From positions 1-64,000 of IMG/VR virus record IMGVR_UViG_2934563053_000002: DNA of 64,000 bases. One strand, given 5' to 3'. The translations under genes and the position numbers were made by a program. The stretch is from a virus (lineage: Duplodnaviria; Caudoviricetes). The notes beneath the pieces were generated by a model. The model was not told the DNA's origin and did no database searches. It saw nothing but the letters and a program-made list of their open reading frames with translations. Shown one piece after another: positions 45,813-54,200 of this stretch (positions within the stretch are counted from its first letter, which is position 1; every line of letters starts with the position of its first letter).

Positions 45813-46565
45813 ATGGACAGCATCGAGCAGACCACCGGCATCAGCCTGCCCCCGGGCACGATCCTCGGGATCGTCGGCGGCCGGCCCGTGTACAACATCG
45901 CGGGCGGCGCCGACGACGACGGCTCCGGCATGGACATCGATGACGGCAGCACGGACGACAGCGGCTACAGCAGCGACGACGACACGGACGACAGCTCGGA
46001 CACCGACCCCGGCGACGACAGCGCAGCGGACGACACCGAGCCGGCGCCGAAGCCCAAGCCCCCCGCCGCGAAGAAGGACGAGCCCGAGTTCAAGCCGCCG
46101 ACCGAGGCCGAGTGGCGCAAGACGCAGCAGGCGCTGAAGAAGGCCAACGAGGACGGGAAGAGGCACCGGCTCCGCAACAAGGAGCTGGAGGAGAAGCAGC
46201 GGGAGAATGAGTCCGAGTCGGAGCGGGCCATACGGGAGGCGCGCGAGGAAGGCGAGAAGCGCTACCGTGCGCCGCTCGTCAAGGCCGCCGCCCGCGCCGC
46301 CCTCGCCGAGGCCGGGGTCAACGGCAGCGCGGAGCGCGTGCTGCGGCTGGTCGACACGGACGGCCTGTCGGTCGACGACGACGGCGACGTCATCGGCCTC
46401 GACGCGGAGATCGACCGGGTCAAGCAGGAGTACCCCGAGTTCTTCCAGACGGCGAAGCCCAAGCCCAAGGCCCGGCCGACGGCGGCGGGTCGGGAGCCCG
46501 CGCCGGAGAAGCCCAAGTCCAGCGCCGAGATGCACGCGATGAAGGTGCTCCGCCGCGCTGGTTGA
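45813..46565 (+). CDS. Capsid scaffolding protein
   Basis: Acidic N-terminus, coiled coil, IDRVKQEYPEFF. Confidence 0.8.
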   Translation: MDSIEQTTGISLPPGTILGIVGGRPVYNIAGGADDDGSGMDIDDGSTDDSGYSSDDDTDDSSDTDPGDDSAADDTEPAPKPKPPAAKKDEPEFKPPTEAEWRKTQQALKKANEDGKRHRLRNKELEEKQRENESESERAIREAREEGEKRYRAPLVKAAARAALAEAGVNGSAERVLRLVDTDGLSVDDDGDVIGLDAEIDRVKQEYPEFFQTAKPKPKARPTAAGREPAPEKPKSSAEMHAMKVLRRAG

Positions 46566-46701
46566 CAACCCGAGGTATATTCATCACTAGGTGAATTGAT
46601 TCGGTGATCGAATCAGGACACCGCCCGATCTTGCGAAGGCGCCCGTGATGGGGCCCGAGCCTCAACCGCTTGTCCCCATCACACGCCCGCAGGAGGGCAC
46701 C

Positions 46702-47619
46702 GTGGCACGCAACACCTTCGAGTCCTGGATCCCGGAAGAGTACGACTCCCAGGTCATCCAGCGCGTCACCCAGATGTCCGCGGTCGAGGCGCTCGCCTCC
46801 CCGGTACCGATGTCGTCCGACTCCAAGTCGATCCCGCGGTCCGCGGGCGTCGGCGTCAGCCTCGTCGACAAGGGCGGCGCCTACTCCGAGGACACGTCCT
46901 CCAACGACGACATCACCCTGACGGCCAAGAAGTTCGGCAAGGCCATCCGCATCGCCGAGGAGGACATCGACGACTCCCTCGCGAACATCATCTCGACCAA
47001 GCAGGTCGACTGGGCCACGTCATACGCCAAGTTCATCGACAACGCCACCCTGGCGGTCAACGCCGCGCCGGGCTCGGGCGTGCCGTTCACCTCGGTGTAC
47101 TACCAGCTCACGCAGGCCGCCTCCGGTCTCGGGTACGGCGCCAACGACAACGTGACCGTAGCCGCCTCTGCGGGCGTCACCTACGACGACCTGTCCGACG
47201 TGATGTCCGCCGTCGAGGGCGGCGACTACTTCGACCTGTCCCGCACCGTCGTCATCGCGCACCCCTCCTTCCGCGGCACCCTGCGGAAGATCAAGGACGA
47301 CCAGAGCATGCCCGTCTTCGTCCGCGGCCAGCAGGGCGACGCCGGCAGCCCCGACACCCTGTTCGACCTGCCGGTCCAGTGGAGCCTCGGCGCGAAGGCA
47401 CACGCCACCGCGACGGACGCACCCACGGGTGCACCGCTGCTGTTCGTCATCAACCGCGACTTCCTCCGGCTCGGCATCCGGTCCGGCCCCGAGAGCATCT
47501 TCATCGACGGCCGCGACGGACTGTCCGCGCTGACGGACGAGTCGATCCTCAAGATGCGCTCGCGCAGGGGCTTCGCCCTCGGCCACCCCAAGGCCGCGGC
47601 TGTCCTGGTCGGTGTCTGA
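46702..47619 (+). CDS. Major capsid protein (HK97 fold)
   Basis: WIPEEY, ITLTAKKFG.A..IAEEDIDDS, R.RRGFA; AGGAGG RBS. Confidence 0.9.
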   Translation: MARNTFESWIPEEYDSQVIQRVTQMSAVEALASPVPMSSDSKSIPRSAGVGVSLVDKGGAYSEDTSSNDDITLTAKKFGKAIRIAEEDIDDSLANIISTKQVDWATSYAKFIDNATLAVNAAPGSGVPFTSVYYQLTQAASGLGYGANDNVTVAASAGVTYDDLSDVMSAVEGGDYFDLSRTVVIAHPSFRGTLRKIKDDQSMPVFVRGQQGDAGSPDTLFDLPVQWSLGAKAHATATDAPTGAPLLFVINRDFLRLGIRSGPESIFIDGRDGLSALTDESILKMRSRRGFALGHPKAAAVLVGV

Positions 47620-47990
47620 TGGCGGCGGCGAAGAAGGCCGCCGCACAGCCTGCCCGTGACGACAAGCGGGAGACCCGGGCTGCGGAGGTCACCCGACGCA
47701 GCGCCGACGGCGCCACCGGCACCCGCCACGAGAAGACATTCGTCGTCGCCCGACCCACCCTGCCCACGCAGGACGGACCCGAGCACGACGACAACAAGAC
47801 GGCCTGCGTGCAAGAGGCCATCCAGCGCGGCCTCCACCCCCGCGGCGAGCCGCGCCTGGACGGCGTCGACGACCACGACGACGGCGTCACCAAGGCGTTC
47901 ACCTACTCGGTGGAGGTCGTCCCGGCCGCTGTCGACAGCGAGCCGGAGCGCACCACCACCCCGCGGACTGTCGTCGAGGGCGGCGACTGA
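47619..47990 (+). CDS. Virion-associated hypothetical protein
   Basis: TGATG coupling to the capsid gene. Confidence 0.6.
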   Translation: MAAAKKAAAQPARDDKRETRAAEVTRRSADGATGTRHEKTFVVARPTLPTQDGPEHDDNKTACVQEAIQRGLHPRGEPRLDGVDDHDDGVTKAFTYSVEVVPAAVDSEPERTTTPRTVVEGGD

Positions 47991-48439
47991 TGGCCGGCGC
48001 CTGGGCAACACCGCAGCAGGTCATCGACGTGACGGGTGTGTCGGTGACCGGACCGCAGCTTGCCCAGGCGCAGGCCAGCATCGAGATGTTCTGCAACCGG
48101 ATCTACGACGACACCGAACGGATCAGGCCGCGGGACCTGCACTGGCTCGGCCAAGCCGTCGCCTACCAGGCGGCGTGGGAAGCCGGACAGTACGACCTCA
48201 ACACGAGGCTCGACACGACGAACGTCCAGCAGGACGGCGTGGTAGCCACCCTCGACACGCGCGCGGTGACCCTCGGCCCCCGGGCCAAGCAGGCGTTGCA
48301 GCGGGTGTCGTGGATGCGGTCCCGCACCGTGCACCTGCGCACCGCGTTCGAAGCGGGTGCCGGGCGAGGCACCAATCCGCTCGCCGACTCCTCAGACGAC
48401 GACTACACCTGGCAGCCGATGGACGGGGGCGCGGCATGA
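47990..48439 (+). CDS. Head-tail adaptor
   Basis: Position; AVAYQAAW...LGPRA...L. Confidence 0.7.
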   Translation: MAGAWATPQQVIDVTGVSVTGPQLAQAQASIEMFCNRIYDDTERIRPRDLHWLGQAVAYQAAWEAGQYDLNTRLDTTNVQQDGVVATLDTRAVTLGPRAKQALQRVSWMRSRTVHLRTAFEAGAGRGTNPLADSSDDDYTWQPMDGGAA

Positions 48440-48786
48440 TCCTCGCGACCACCACCATCAGCGTCCTCGGCGGCACCAACACGGACGAGTTCGGCGACGA
48501 AACCGACGGCACCACTGTCCTGGCGTCGCGTATCCCCGCGTCGCTGATCGAAGCGACGAAGCAGACCTACGAGCCGGTGTCCGGCACACCGCGGATCATC
48601 CGCACCCACGCGGCCCGACTCCAGCCCGCCCTGATCCCCGACGGCGTGACGGTCGACGAGACCGTCCGGCTCCGGGACGACCAGACCGGCGAGACGTACA
48701 TCGTCGTCGCCACCACCCGCAACGCCAACCCCGTCCTCGCGCAGCCGCTGCGCGTGGACCTGAAACGCACAGGACGAGCCGCCTGA
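48436..48786 (+). CDS. Head-closure/stopper protein
   Basis: Position; TDEFGDE; beta-rich. Confidence 0.65.
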   Translation: MILATTTISVLGGTNTDEFGDETDGTTVLASRIPASLIEATKQTYEPVSGTPRIIRTHAARLQPALIPDGVTVDETVRLRDDQTGETYIVVATTRNANPVLAQPLRVDLKRTGRAA

Positions 48787-48887
48787 CGGCTCCGACATAG
48801 ACCACCGCCCGACGGCACCTGCGGCCCGTAAACGGCCAGCCCGACGGCACCAGTACGACCCCGCCGACGTAGAGGAGGTGCAGGGCC

Positions 48888-49262
48888 ATGAGCGTCACGT
48901 TCACGCTGACCGTCAACCCCGCGTGGCCGCAGGCCCTGCACAGCGAGATCGGCCGCTACCTCGACAAGCTCGCCGTCGCCATCGAGGCCGACGCCTCCCG
49001 CTACGCCGCAGTCAAGACCGGATACATGCGCGGCTCCCTGTACCGCGAGGTGGACGGCCTGACCCTGCGCGTCGGCGTCCGCAACGTCGACTACTGGATG
49101 GCGCAGGAGTACGGCGCCGGCCCGCACATCATCCGCCCCGTCAACAAGAAGGCGTTGCACTGGCCGGGGGCGCAGCATCCGGTGGCGAAGGTCAACCACC
49201 CCGGCAACCCGCCCAGGCCGTTCCTTCGGCCGGCGCTCTACACGCGGCGGGGGGCGCTATGA
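48888..49262 (+). CDS. HK97 gp10-like tail completion protein
   Basis: A.VKTG.MR.S, Y...QEYG..PH.IRP..KKAL.W, HPG..P.PFLRPAL. Confidence 0.85.
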   Translation: MSVTFTLTVNPAWPQALHSEIGRYLDKLAVAIEADASRYAAVKTGYMRGSLYREVDGLTLRVGVRNVDYWMAQEYGAGPHIIRPVNKKALHWPGAQHPVAKVNHPGNPPRPFLRPALYTRRGAL

Positions 49263-49714
49263 CCACGGTGACCCCGCGCGCCAACTCGGAGTTGGTGGCA
49301 GTCGCCTGGCTTGGCTCGGCCGCCGGCATCGACCCGGGCCAGGTCGCCACCACCCTCCCATCCGATGCCAGCACATGGGCCGACGACGGGTTCCTTCAGG
49401 TGACGCCCGGCATCGGCGGCAGCATGCAGCTCCACTACGCGCTGCGCGAGCCCGTCGTCCAGGTCGAGGCATACGCGGTCAACGTCAACTCCGGCAAGCC
49501 CCCTTGGGGCAAGGCCGCGTCGCTGATGGAGGCCGTCGTTGCCGCGACCTACGACGAGGCCGGTATGCAGCGCACCCTCACCCTCCGGCCCGGCTTCCCG
49601 CAGGCGCGGGTGCTCACCGCGCACCTGCTGACCGAGCCGCGCCGGATGCCGGACGACGCCGCCTCATACGCGAGGTACGTCACCGACCTCGCCCTCCACT
49701 GGATCGAACTCTAG
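49259..49714 (+). CDS. Tail terminator protein
   Basis: Position; PVVQVEAYA...ARY..DL. Confidence 0.7.
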   Translation: MTTVTPRANSELVAVAWLGSAAGIDPGQVATTLPSDASTWADDGFLQVTPGIGGSMQLHYALREPVVQVEAYAVNVNSGKPPWGKAASLMEAVVAATYDEAGMQRTLTLRPGFPQARVLTAHLLTEPRRMPDDAASYARYVTDLALHWIEL

Positions 49715-49722
49715 GAGCCCGC

Positions 49723-49920
49723 ATGCCCAAGGTCCGCACCACGATGCAACCGCACCTCGACATCGAGGTGTCCGACGCCGCCTACCTGGACCTCAAGCGC
49801 CAGGGCCTCCTCTTGGAGGAGCGCCCCTCGCGGGCGTCCGAGCCCACCACCTCTCCTGCCGCCGCACCGGCCAAGACCCCTCCCGCCCCCGCCCCCGCCG
49901 GTAAGAGCAGCAAGGAGTAG
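49723..49920 (+). CDS. Small hypothetical protein
   Basis: AGGAG RBS; VRTTMQP...EV...Y.DL..QGLL. Confidence 0.6.
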   Translation: MPKVRTTMQPHLDIEVSDAAYLDLKRQGLLLEERPSRASEPTTSPAAAPAKTPPAPAPAGKSSKE

Positions 49921-49925
49921 TCACC

Positions 49926-50486
49926 ATGGCCGTAACCACGACGAATTTGATCCAAGGCCCGGCGACCCTGTATTTGGGGGATTTCGGTGCGACCGAGCCG
50001 GCCGACGCCGACGTCAACACCGCCCCCGCGGCCAGCGCGTTTCCGGACCTGGGCGGCACGCAGGACGGCGTGAAGCTGACGATCGACCAGACCTACAGCA
50101 ACCTGGAGGTCGACCAGATCGTCGATGTGCCGGGTTCTCGCCTGACCGGCCGCATGTTCACGATCGAGACGAACCTCGCGGAGCCGACGCTCCAGAACCT
50201 CAAGTACCTGCTGAACGACGGCACGTCGGCGTCGGGCGCGGGCTTCGAGTCGCTGGAGCCGATCTACGCGGACTCGGCGACGCAGCCGACGTACCGGGCT
50301 GTCCTGCTGGATGGGTGGGGCCCGGATCAGAAGCGGCGCCGGGTGATTCTCCGCAAGGTGCTGTCCAACGACAAGGTGGAGAGCACGTACAAGAAGGATG
50401 CGCAGACGCTGTTCACCGTGAAGTGGACCGGGTTCTACGTATCCGAGGGCATCGCCCCCTTCAAGGTCATCGACGAGAAGAGCTAG
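49926..50486 (+). CDS. Major tail tube protein
   Basis: NLIQGPATLY, DLGGTQDGV.L, VDQ, TNLAE.TL.NL. Confidence 0.88.
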   Translation: MAVTTTNLIQGPATLYLGDFGATEPADADVNTAPAASAFPDLGGTQDGVKLTIDQTYSNLEVDQIVDVPGSRLTGRMFTIETNLAEPTLQNLKYLLNDGTSASGAGFESLEPIYADSATQPTYRAVLLDGWGPDQKRRRVILRKVLSNDKVESTYKKDAQTLFTVKWTGFYVSEGIAPFKVIDEKS

Positions 50487-50495
50487 GAGCCGACC

Positions 50496-50927
50496 GTGGC
50501 CACAACCCGCACGCCCCGCACCAAGAAGCCCGCCGACGAGACCGGGACCACCACAGAGGTTCCGGCCGTCCCCGACTTCGCCACCACCAGCGAACCCCCC
50601 GAGGAGAAACGGCGCCCGCTGTTCTCCATCGACGGGGAGCAGTTCACCGTCCCCGAGGAGATCGGTCCCCGCATCGTCTACCTCGGTCTCGACCGGGTTC
50701 GTTCTGAGGGCGCGGTGCTCGCCACCATGTACCTCAACGAACTGGTCCTCGGCCGCGACCAGTACTCCCGACTCATGGGACACGTCGAGGCCCGGCGCCT
50801 CACCGACGCCCAGTTCGACCAGATCGGCGACATGATCTCCGACCTGTTCTTCAAGGCCGTGCGAGGAAAGAAGGAGGAGGGAAAAGACGAGACGACGGAC
50901 TCGGACCAGGCTGGGGCCACTTCGTAG
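50496..50927 (+). CDS. Tail assembly chaperone (G)
   Basis: Between major tail and tape measure genes; LFSIDGEQFTVP. Confidence 0.8.
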   Translation: MATTRTPRTKKPADETGTTTEVPAVPDFATTSEPPEEKRRPLFSIDGEQFTVPEEIGPRIVYLGLDRVRSEGAVLATMYLNELVLGRDQYSRLMGHVEARRLTDAQFDQIGDMISDLFFKAVRGKKEEGKDETTDSDQAGATS

Positions 50928-51289
50928 ACCAGCTCAGCGCCGCTGGCAAGGCCCTTAAGCCGCACTTGCTGGGCAGGTGGGGCCACTTCGTAGACCAGTT
51001 CGACGCACACGCATGGATGGCCGACCACCAGGACGACATCGACGCCGACTGGCTCGCGATCTACGGCATCGACCTCGACGCCCAGCACGTGCCCGCCCGC
51101 AGGTTCATCGCCCTCACTGACCGGCTCCCCGCCTACCAGTCCGCCATCGCAGCCCGCATAGCAGCAGAACAACAGGACCAGCAGCAAGAGCAGGCCCCCG
51201 CCTCCGCCGCACCGGACGCACCGCAAGAAGTCTCAGTCGAGGCCATGAACCTGATCATGCCTGGGCTGATCGAAACGGTGGAGGTGTAA
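50879..51289 (+). CDS. Tail assembly chaperone GT extension via -1 frameshift
   Basis: G GGA AAA slippery heptamer at 50879-50885; -1 frame open to 51289 (DIDADWLAIYGID...RLPAY.SAI). Confidence 0.8.
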   Translation, partial: GKRRDDGLGPGWGHFVDQLSAAGKALKPHLLGRWGHFVDQFDAHAWMADHQDDIDADWLAIYGIDLDAQHVPARRFIALTDRLPAYQSAIAARIAAEQQDQQQEQAPASAAPDAPQEVSVEAMNLIMPGLIETVEV

Positions 51290-51293
51290 CCGG

Positions 51294-54200
51294 ATGTCGT
51301 TCCTCGTCGCCGACGGACACGTCGAAGTCACCGCCAAGACGGGCGACGCCGAGCGCGACATCCGCAACCTCGTCACCCAGATGCAGGGCCTCGGCCCCGC
51401 AGCACAGGCAGCCTCCAACGGGTTGAAGGACCTCCGCAACCGGGCCGCTGCTGGGGGGGCCGCGCTCGGTGCCATGGGGCGGCAGGCCAAGGACGCGGAG
51501 AAGGCCCTCATCCGGCTCAAGGCGTCGGCCGGCGACATCCGGGTCAGTGCGACGCTGGCGGACGAGACCCGCACCGGCGTCACCGCAGTCAAAGCGGCGC
51601 TCCGCGACCTCAAGGCCGAATCCCCGGTGCGGCTGTCCGCCAGGATGGACGACGACACCACCAGCAGCATCACCCGCGTCCGTGCCGCCATCCGCGACCT
51701 GAAGGCCGAGTCGCCGGTACGTCTCTCCGCGCGGCTGGAAGCGGAGAGCACCGCCAGCGTCGCCACGATGCGCGCCGCCATCCGGGCGCTGAAAGCGGAG
51801 TCCCCGATCCGCCTGGCTGCACGCGTGGAGACCGAGGGCACGGCAAGCGTCACCTCCCTGCGCGCAGCGATCCGCGACCTCAAAGCGCAGTCCCCGATCC
51901 GGCTGTCCGCCAGGCTGGACACCGAGGGGGCCGCCCGGGTCGCCGCCCTGCGCGCCGCTGTCCGTGATCTCAAGGCTCAGTCACCCATCCAGCTCACGGC
52001 CCGCGTGGACGACAGCACGGGCAGCAGTCTGGCCCGCGTGCTCGCCTCGGTCCGCTCCCTCAAAGGCGAGTCGCCGATCAGGCTGCGTACCGAGGTGGAC
52101 AGCGACACTGCGGGCATCGCGGCGACACGGCGGGCGCTTCGCGATCTGCGGGCTGCGAGCCCTGTCCGTATCCGGGCGACCTTCGATGGGGACGGGGCGG
52201 CCATCGTCTCCACCGCCCGGGCGGTGGGCAGCCTCCGGGATCGGGCCGAGGCCACCAGCCGCGCTCTGACCGCCCTCGCGACGCGGTCTGCCGCGGCTGC
52301 CGCCGCCCTGCACGCCGTGAAGGAAGCGGCGCAGGAGGCGGGCCGTGCGCTGCGGACTCTCCGTGGCAGGGCCCAGGCTGCCGCGGACGCGATGGGTAAC
52401 CTGCGCACCAGCTCTGTTGCTGCGGCTGCCGCGCTCCGCGCCATCAACACCGCCACCCGCAACGCCAATACGCGCCTCGGCACCCTCGGCGACAGCACCC
52501 GCACCCTGCGCCGAGACCTGGACGACCTCGACGGGAGCCTCACCCGCGTCGGCGGCAGCCTCAACGGGCTGCGGGGACGGCTGGGCAGCCTCAGCGGATC
52601 GAGTGGCCGCGTGAACCGCCTCTCGGCGGCGCTGCTCTCTCTGGCTACCGCGGCGATTCCGGTGGCGGCGTCGCTGGCTCCGATCGTGCCGCTGGCCCTG
52701 TCGGCGGGCACGGCGATGGGCGTGCTGGGTGTGGCGGCGGCCGGGCAGATCGTGCACCTCGCGCACGCCTCGGAGGCCGAGAGCAAGTACCAGGACGCCG
52801 TGAAGGAGCATGGCCGCACTTCGGCGGAGGCGGCGCAGGCGTCGGCCGACTACGCCCGCGTGGTCGAGCAGATGCCCGCCCCCACACGGCAGGCCGCCGC
52901 CGCGTTCAGTTCCCTCAAGGACCAGTACAAGAGCTGGTCGGATGCGCTGGCGGGCGACACCATGCCCGTCTTCACCCGCGGGTTGGAGACTCTGAGCGGC
53001 ACGCTGCCGAAGATCTCGCCGCTGGCACGGACTGCGAGCGACGGCTTGCAGCGGCTCATCACGATCGCTGCCGGGGGAATCGAGAGCCCCGGCTTCGACC
53101 AGTTGATCAGCAAGGTGGACGCGTTGGCGGGGACGGCGCTGCGCCGGGCGACGGACGGATTGTTGACGTTCATCCGTAGCGCGCAGACCGGCAGTGTCGG
53201 CGGCGGCGTGAGCAGCTTCATGGACTATGCGCGGGCCCACGGGCCGTTGGCCGGGGAGACCATGCGCAACCTGGGGCAGGTCCTCCTCAAGCTGCTGGAG
53301 GCGGCGTCGGACGTGGGCGTGGGCATGCTGACGGTGGTCAACGCGTTCGCGTCGCTGGCCAGCTCGGTGCCGACAGGACTGATCAGCAACCTGTTGCAGG
53401 TGTACGCCGCGTTCAAGCTGATCAAGCTGGCGGCTGTCGGTATGACCGCGGTCAACGCGGGCGTCGCCGCGATGGTCACCCAGATCACGGCTATGCGCAC
53501 GGCGGCGGCTGGGGCGGCGACCCGCATGGCGGGGCTGCGCGCAGCGATGGCGGCGATCCCCGCGGGTGGCCAGCTTGCTCTGGCTGCGGCTGCGGCGGCG
53601 GTGTTGACGGTCGGTGTCTCGAAGCTGATCAGCAAGATGGACGAGGCGCCGCCGAGCGCGGAGCGCCTGTCCCGGTCGATGATTGCGTTCGCGCGTAGCG
53701 GGAAGATCGGCGGCGAAGCAGCGAGAGTCTTCGGCAAGGACCTGGGCGGGTTCGGGGACGCGGTCGCCCGCATCGCTCACCCCGCGGTGACCGAGCGTCT
53801 GAAAGACGTGGGCCACGAACTCGTCACGTTGGGCTTCGGTACGGAGCACAGTCTCGACAAGGCGCAGAAGGCCACCAAGAGCGTCGACAAGGCGCTGGCT
53901 GACCTGGTGTCCAAGGGGCACTCCGACATCGCGGCGACGGCGTTCCAGCGGTATGCGGCTGCCGCGGAGAAGGGCGGCACGTCGACCGCCAAGCTCCGTG
54001 GGATGCTGCCGAAGTACAAGGAGGCGCTGGCCAACGCGAAGGCCGAGCAGGAGCTGGTGGCCCAGAGCATGGGCCTGTTCGGTGCGCAGGCCCTCAAGAC
54101 CAAGTCGAAGCTGGATGCGCAGAAGGCGTCGGCTGACGGGCTGCGGCAGGCGATCCAGGCCCTCAACGACGTGAACCGCGCTGGGCTCGGCGGGATGATC

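Noticed and set aside
46562-46590. TTGACA/TATATT sigma70-type promoter before the capsid gene
   Set aside because: Only 8 bp between the hexamers; not supportable as a canonical promoter
50912-50998. 21-bp repeat pair as a mini-CRISPR or att core
   Set aside because: Only two copies, both in the coding frame of the GT chaperone
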